A DNA stretch of 40,000 nt from Paraferrimonas sedimenticola (GTDB lineage Bacteria > Pseudomonadota > Gammaproteobacteria > Enterobacterales > Shewanellaceae), in NCBI RefSeq assembly GCF_002282855.1, contig NZ_NRIR01000002.1, positions 339,196 through 379,195 of the forward strand. Reading direction: 5' to 3'. The translations under genes were made by a program, and so were the position numbers. The notes under the pieces were generated by a model, which saw only the letters and a program-made list of their open reading frames with translations, ran no database searches and was not told where the DNA came from. Every line of letters starts with the position of its first letter. Within the stretch, counting starts at the first letter, position 1. Below are positions 35,339 to 40,000 of this stretch, one piece after another.

Positions 35339-36169
35339 ATGCCGCGACGAAATGTAGTGAGAGATTTAACCGTGAGTGAAGCTTACCAGATGCGATTTGG
35401 AGGCATAGGTCGCCTTTATGGACGCAATGCATTAAGTCTGTTTGCTCAATCCCATGTAATGGTGATTGGGATTGGCGGCGTGGGTACATGGGCGGCGGAA
35501 GCCTTGGCCCGAAGTGGTATCGGCCATCTGAGTCTGGTGGACTTGGACGACATTTGCATCACCAATACCAATCGCCAAACTCATGCGCTTAGCTCCACAA
35601 TCGGCGAGTCGAAAGTTGAGGTAATGGCCGAGCGCATCACAGCAATCAACCCAGAGTGCAAAGTGGCGCAATTTGAAGACTTTGTCAGCTCGGACAATCT
35701 AGCCCAAGTACTGGCCAGTAAACCGGATTATGTAGTTGATTGTATTGACTCAGTTGCGGCTAAAGTGGCTTTGATTGCCTATTGTAAGCGCTACAAAATT
35801 AAGTTGATTAGCGTGGGAGGCGCCGGTGGGCAAATGGACCCAACTCAGGTGCAGGTGTGCGATCTAGCCAAATCTTATCAAGATCCGCTACTGGCCAAAG
35901 TGCGTAACCAACTGCGTCGAGACCATGGTTTTAGCAAGAACCCCAAGCGCAAGTTTTCGGTGGAGTGCGTGTTTTCCACCGAGCAACTCACCTATCCCAG
36001 CGCCGATGGGCAAGTGTGTCAGCAAAAGCCGCAAAATGGCGGTTCGATGCGGATGGACTGTGCCAGCGGTTTCGGTGCTGTGACGCCAGTGACTGGGACT
36101 TTTGGTTTCGTGGCCGCCAGTCGAGTGTTGGCGAAACTGGCAAAGCGCGCAGAGTCGACGCACAATTAG
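35339..36169 (+). CDS. tcdA: tRNA threonylcarbamoyladenosine (t6A) dehydratase TcdA/CsdL
   Basis: The E1-like motif RFGGIGRLYG..VIGIGGVGTWAAEALARSGIGHLSLVDLDDICITNTNRQ aligns closely with E. coli TcdA from memory. The start is uncertain: ATG 35339 (no SD) or GTG 35372 (GAGAG upstream, giving 265 aa). The ORF-track start at 35228 is unlikely. Confidence 0.8.
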   Translation: MPRRNVVRDLTVSEAYQMRFGGIGRLYGRNALSLFAQSHVMVIGIGGVGTWAAEALARSGIGHLSLVDLDDICITNTNRQTHALSSTIGESKVEVMAERITAINPECKVAQFEDFVSSDNLAQVLASKPDYVVDCIDSVAAKVALIAYCKRYKIKLISVGGAGGQMDPTQVQVCDLAKSYQDPLLAKVRNQLRRDHGFSKNPKRKFSVECVFSTEQLTYPSADGQVCQQKPQNGGSMRMDCASGFGAVTPVTGTFGFVAASRVLAKLAKRAESTHN

Positions 36170-36301
36170 GTAAAGGCTTGTAACAACTGCCCGTAGAAAC
36201 GGGTCTTAAGTTACTGGGGTTGGTTAACATTTATTCAGTCTGAGTTCAGTGTCGATGGGATAGACTGTGCTTAACCTGGCATGAGAGCAATGGGGAATGT
36301 T

Positions 36302-36847
36302 ATGAAACTATTTAACTGGCTAGCCGCCGCTGCACTGGTAGCTGTGAGTGTTAGCGCCAATGCAAAAGACGATTTTGAGCCCACCTATGTGGTAGAGCGC
36401 GGCGCTGTGACCGTGACTTGGCAAGATCACAAAGAATACCGTGACGTTCGCGCGGCGAACGACATTCAAAGCCGCTTCGCCAAGCGCGCATTTGACCGTA
36501 TCACCAAGCAGCTTGAGAAAGACGCTCGCCCTGTATTGAAAGAAGGGCAGACCTTGCACATGACTGTGACCGAGCTAGATTTGGCCGGTGATGTTCGTCC
36601 TACCTTTGGTGCGGGTCCAAACGAGATTCGTCTGATTGAAGGCATCTACCCGCCGCGCATCACTTTCACTTATCAAGTGAAAGAAGGGGACAACGTGGTG
36701 GTTGAAGGCGAGCAAGACATTAAAGACTTGGGCTTTGACACCAAAATGCGTACTCCGCAAGCCAACCACAATACCTTCTACTACGAAGGCCGCATGCTAA
36801 AAGAGTGGTTACGCAAAACCGTTCAGCCTGCGTTGGAACAAGGCTAA
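36302..36847 (+). CDS. Secreted hypothetical protein (possibly DUF3016-like)
   Basis: ATG 36302 (MKLFNWLAAAALVAVSVSANA, a signal peptide) lies after GGGGAA. The mature part of ~160 aa is hydrophilic. The family assignment is from vague memory only. Confidence 0.6.
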   Translation: MKLFNWLAAAALVAVSVSANAKDDFEPTYVVERGAVTVTWQDHKEYRDVRAANDIQSRFAKRAFDRITKQLEKDARPVLKEGQTLHMTVTELDLAGDVRPTFGAGPNEIRLIEGIYPPRITFTYQVKEGDNVVVEGEQDIKDLGFDTKMRTPQANHNTFYYEGRMLKEWLRKTVQPALEQG

Positions 36848-36867
36848 ACCAATCCCAAATTAGCAAG

Positions 36868-36893
36868 AGCCAGTCGTTATGACTGGCTTTTTT
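36868..36893 (+). terminator. Rho-independent terminator after the secreted-protein gene
   Basis: AGCCAGTC-gttat-GACTGGCT is followed by TTTTTT. The loop and right arm overlap the stop codon and 3' end of the convergent 110-aa ORF. Confidence 0.8.
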
Positions 36894-37209
36894 GTGCGCC
36901 GGATAATTGTTGCTTGAACTGAGCGAGAGTATTGAGCAATAGCCCGAGCTTGCTAACCAGAGGTTTGAGCTGTTCTGGGTCAAGCTGCTCGCTGGCCGCT
37001 AGCTTGTCGTAGTCCGACACTACCTCCTCCAAGTAAGGCATGAATCGGTTAGATTCTGCAGTAAACCCTTGATCAGCTTTGAAGATCTTACCGAAGTTAG
37101 CATGGCCTTTTTGACCGAGCTGTTCTAAGGTTTTATCAGCATCGTGAACTTGACGGTAGGCGGTTTGCAGGCTGGCTCGAATTTGGGCAAGCACAGTATC
37201 TGTTGCCAT
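36877..37209 (-). CDS. Small helical hypothetical protein (110 aa)
   Basis: The ORF has GGAGG 6 nt upstream of the ATG (minus strand) and a coiled-coil-like composition. A faint resemblance to the N-terminal part of PriC-type proteins is not strong enough to call. Confidence 0.5.
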   Translation of the reverse strand: MATDTVLAQIRASLQTAYRQVHDADKTLEQLGQKGHANFGKIFKADQGFTAESNRFMPYLEEVVSDYDKLAASEQLDPEQLKPLVSKLGLLLNTLAQFKQQLSGAQKSQS

Positions 37210-37265
37210 CTAGGCCTCCTAATAGGCGCGCGAAACAAAGGCACAAAGTATAAAAGGGCAAGGCT

Positions 37266-38141
37266 ATGACTCGCAAGATGGGCGTTCTACTCATTGGTTT
37301 TCTATTTAGCGCTTTGGCCAGTTTTTCTGGCGTGGCGGATACCGATGCCAAGCCCCCCTTCTTTGAAGTGACGGTAAACGGGAAAACCACCTATTTGTTG
37401 GGCTCGGTGCACGTTGGGCGAGCGCAAATGTACCCATTGCCATCAGCTGTTGAAGCTAAACTGAAAAGCGCTGAAGCGATTGTGTTAGAAGTGCTGATAG
37501 AGAACGCCGACTTACCGACGTTAATGCAAAACTACGGCATGGGTAAGCCGCAGTTGCCCGACGATGTGGCGCAGAAGCGCCAGCGCTTTTGCGAAGATTA
37601 TGTACGCGAGTGCGCCAGTATCGATGTGCTGCAGCCTTGGATGCAAGCCTCAATGATTACCATGCTGCGCTTTGGCGAATTAGGGCTGACCCCGGAATAC
37701 GGCGTCGAAAGCTACATCAGCAATCGATACGCTCAGTTGCCACGCTATGAGCTAGAAAGTACCGAGCTGCAATTTAAAATGTTTTCCAGTTTATCTGCGG
37801 AACTTCAATTGCTGATGCTCAAGGACGCCCTAGAAGCGCAACCGGCAGAACTCAGCGAGCTGTTGGATGCTTGGGGCGGTGGCGATCCAGCGGCATTGAC
37901 CGAGCTGGTCAAAGCGGGATTTGGCGATAATCCCGAGCTGTTTGAGAAAATCATAGTGGAGCGCAATCGCGATATGGTGAGCGCTTTATTGCAACTACTT
38001 ACAAGTGCCAAGCAAAACAAGCTGTTTGTGGTGGTTGGTGCGGCGCACCTGGTGGGACCCGATTCGATGCCACAAATGCTCAGTGAGAAAGGCGCAAAAG
38101 TGGTGGATTGTTTTGCGCAGACTTGTGGGGTTAGCTGGTGA
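37266..38141 (+). CDS. TraB/GumN family protein (periplasmic)
   Basis: The 291 aa protein has a signal peptide (MTRKMGVLLIGFLFSALASFSGVA), a YLLGSVHVG motif near the N-terminus and a VVVGAAHLVG motif near the C-terminus, typical of the GumN/TraB family. Confidence 0.7.
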   Translation: MTRKMGVLLIGFLFSALASFSGVADTDAKPPFFEVTVNGKTTYLLGSVHVGRAQMYPLPSAVEAKLKSAEAIVLEVLIENADLPTLMQNYGMGKPQLPDDVAQKRQRFCEDYVRECASIDVLQPWMQASMITMLRFGELGLTPEYGVESYISNRYAQLPRYELESTELQFKMFSSLSAELQLLMLKDALEAQPAELSELLDAWGGGDPAALTELVKAGFGDNPELFEKIIVERNRDMVSALLQLLTSAKQNKLFVVVGAAHLVGPDSMPQMLSEKGAKVVDCFAQTCGVSW

Positions 38142-38238
38142 CGCTAAGCCATTAATTTAAAATGCTCACTGCACTAAATCTGGCGACGCTGATACAATAG
38201 GGGTTTGCTAAATTGCCAGTGGGCCTTATCGATACACT

Positions 38239-39111
38239 ATGTCTCAACAAATTCAATTGACCAAATTGCCTTCCTTGTTTTCGGTTTACCGAAGAATTCT
38301 GTTTGCTCGCAAGCCGGGTTGGGACGGTAAGCCACTACCAGAGATCCAGGTCAACCTGTCTCATTGGCAAGCGGACCAGGCCAAGGTCAATCAATACTGT
38401 CACGTGTGCGGATTCGAAGCTAACCGAGACATCCTGCCACCGACCTACTTGTATACTCAAGTGTTTCGCTTGCATGCAATAATCTTTACCGATGCGGCGA
38501 TTACCTTTCCGCTGTGGGGCATGATCCACCTGAAAAATACCATTCAGCAGTTTCGCGATGTGGCGACGAATGAGAATTTGCGCCTAAGTTGCAGCTTGTC
38601 TGGTAGTAGTGAGAGTGATGCGGGGCTGGAGTTTGAGTTGGTATCCAAAGCCTTCGCCGGTGATGAGTTGGTATGGCAAGCCCACTCGACCTATTTGTAC
38701 AAAGCCCCCGGCGGCAAACGCAAGCGCGCTCGTCCGCCAAGAGCATCGGATATGCCTTGGGAGCCCGTGGGCAACTGGCCATTGCCGCAAGACCTCGGCC
38801 GCGCTTATGCCAAAGCCAGTGGCGATTACAATCTAATTCACATTCACCCACTGCTGGCTAAACAGTTTGGTTTTGATAAGATTTTGGCTCATGGCATGTG
38901 GTCTAAGGCTCGTTGCGTTGCCGAGTTACCGCAGGCTCAAAGAAGTGGCGCTTGTGAAATTGGCGTGGAGTTCAAACTGCCGTTGTTTTTGCCAGCCAAA
39001 GTCAGCTTCGGCTATCAAATTGAGCAGGACCAATGTCGTTTTGAGCTTCGCGACGAGCGCGGCCGCAGACCGCATCTCGTCGGTTGGAGCAAGCCCCTTA
39101 GCTCTGATTAA
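38239..39111 (+). CDS. MaoC-like (R)-specific dehydratase, double hot-dog fold
   Basis: The 290 aa protein has a C-terminal half with SGDYNLIHIHPLLAKQFGFDKILAHGMW, the MaoC dehydratase signature. The N-terminal half looks like a degenerate hot-dog fold. Confidence 0.7.
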   Translation: MSQQIQLTKLPSLFSVYRRILFARKPGWDGKPLPEIQVNLSHWQADQAKVNQYCHVCGFEANRDILPPTYLYTQVFRLHAIIFTDAAITFPLWGMIHLKNTIQQFRDVATNENLRLSCSLSGSSESDAGLEFELVSKAFAGDELVWQAHSTYLYKAPGGKRKRARPPRASDMPWEPVGNWPLPQDLGRAYAKASGDYNLIHIHPLLAKQFGFDKILAHGMWSKARCVAELPQAQRSGACEIGVEFKLPLFLPAKVSFGYQIEQDQCRFELRDERGRRPHLVGWSKPLSSD

Positions 39112-40000
39112 AAGTGGTATTGCACAAACAAGGTGTTGTAGTTGCTACCGCCACCGATTCGGCCAAAGGCTGAACTCGACTCAAAGATGCCGCTGCGATG
39201 GTGAATCGCAACACCAACCCACCAAGGGTTTAGACTAGGGGCTGAAAACCAGTCCCCTAGATTAATCCCCAAACTAAAGTCCAGATAGTTAAGCAGCTTT
39301 GACGGGCGATACCCTTTGCGGTCCATTTCTGAACCTTCTACGTAGGTGATATCACTGATGTAGCTCAAGCCTTGGGCCACACCAAAACGCCACTTTCGCG
39401 GCCAGTTGACGTTAACAAAGGCTTTGAGCGCAATAACCCCTTCAACAGCCCGCTTTTGCACTTGGGATTCATAGTGGTAAGCCAGACCCGAGGTAAAGTA
39501 CACATCCAGCGGCAGGGTAAGCAATTCAGTGGCTATAGGAATGCCATAAAACGCGGAGGTTAGCTGGTTGTTGTACGGGTCTTTTACCCACTTCCCGGCG
39601 AGAATGTCACCCAGATTGGATGTGGTTCCCCAACCGTGGGACACTCGCACAAAATGCCCTTTGTGGCCCTTGAACGGTTCGGTGAGTTGTTTTTCTGTCG
39701 GGTAGAAACCAAAGCCTAGGTAAGTTTCAAATTGACGATTGACCTTAACCGTGGGTAAGTCTTTAATCGCGCGTTCGTGCTGAGTCACGCCGGCCTGGCC
39801 GATAAGGTGGAGGTTGTCCCACACCTTGTATTTGGCTTCCACACCGCCGCCAATAGATACGCCCGCTTTTGTGTCAGCTCGGTTAAATGCGAAATAGAAA
39901 CGGTTGTAACTGGCTGATTTCCAACGCGACTCTAAATAGGTATGCAAGTCTAGTCGGCCAAATCTAAAGTACTTACCGGCGCGTCCTAACAGTGAGAAGT
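39108..40000 (-). CDS. Outer-membrane beta-barrel protein, N-terminus beyond window (possible PagL-like acyl hydrolase family)
   Basis: The reading frame stays open from 39947 to the window end (..FSLLGRAGKYFRFGRLDLHTYLE..), so the ORF-track TTG start is not the real start. The protein has an alternating aromatic/hydrophilic beta pattern and ends in ..LFVQYHF. The motif HHRSG..GGSNYN near the C-terminus is reminiscent of H-x-S lipid A deacylases, but this is tentative. Confidence 0.55.
   Translation of the reverse strand, partial: FSLLGRAGKYFRFGRLDLHTYLESRWKSASYNRFYFAFNRADTKAGVSIGGGVEAKYKVWDNLHLIGQAGVTQHERAIKDLPTVKVNRQFETYLGFGFYPTEKQLTEPFKGHKGHFVRVSHGWGTTSNLGDILAGKWVKDPYNNQLTSAFYGIPIATELLTLPLDVYFTSGLAYHYESQVQKRAVEGVIALKAFVNVNWPRKWRFGVAQGLSYISDITYVEGSEMDRKGYRPSKLLNYLDFSLGINLGDWFSAPSLNPWWVGVAIHHRSGIFESSSAFGRIGGGSNYNTLFVQYHF

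Noticed and set aside
35324-35339. TTGACT and TATAAT hexamers lie next to each other upstream of tcdA and look like a consensus sigma70 promoter.
   Set aside because: The two hexamers are separated by only 2 nt, not ~17 nt. The TATAAT could still be a -10 box with a poor -35, but the pair is not a promoter.
1-40000. I searched by eye for CRISPR repeats, tRNA/rRNA genes, IS elements, integrases, toxin-antitoxin pairs and defence-island hallmarks.
   Set aside because: I found no regularly spaced direct repeats, transposase or integrase-like ORFs, or tRNA-like cloverleaf candidates in the intergenic gaps. All gaps are under 410 bp. A computational scan (tRNAscan-SE, ISfinder, CRISPRCasFinder, DefenseFinder) would be needed to make this negative result firm.

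Overview
Most of this window (nt 1-26104) is one compact anaerobic formate-to-H2 gene island from a gamma-proteobacterium. The porin, tpm/tcdA neighbourhood and gene order suggest Vibrionaceae, but that is inference only.

The island contains:
- the 3' part of selB
- an 11-gene hydrogenase-4 type operon, hyfABCDEFGHIJ-hycI, ending in a strong intrinsic terminator
- a separate hydN-fdhF operon with a good sigma54 -24/-12 promoter; fdhF carries an in-frame UGA (selenocysteine, codon 140) plus a SECIS-like hairpin, which is why the ORF track splits it in two
- an FhlA/HyfR-type sigma54 activator and fdhD
- on the opposite strand, hypF-hypB-hypC-hypD-hypE and a separately spaced hypA

The remaining 14 kb encodes:
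- a 1.2k-aa hybrid sensor kinase with two receiver domains
- a 605-aa Hanks-type (non-RD) protein kinase with an unrecognisable C-terminal half
- an AhpD/CMD-like CxxC protein and a small 8-Cys protein
- thiopurine/selenium methyltransferase Tpm, a classical porin and TcdA
- a secreted DUF-like protein, a small helical protein, a TraB/GumN protein, a double hot-dog MaoC dehydratase and a truncated outer-membrane barrel

I saw no tRNA/rRNA genes, CRISPR arrays, transposases, integrases or obvious defence-system architecture.

The FHL island itself is known biology. These are the points I consider worth follow-up:
- GTGTCGA/TCGACAC repeat clusters placed about 130-140 bp upstream of both sigma54-type promoters (candidate FhlA UAS)
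- a 7-Cys in-frame stretch upstream of hyfA
- a possible leader uORF before hydN
- a structured intergenic region with a repeated TGGGCTA..TAGTGCCCA motif before the sensor kinase
- the atypical kinase and the Cys-rich/AhpD-like pair

I could not identify a convincing new multi-gene system. All functional calls rest on motif recognition by eye and need HMM/BLAST confirmation.
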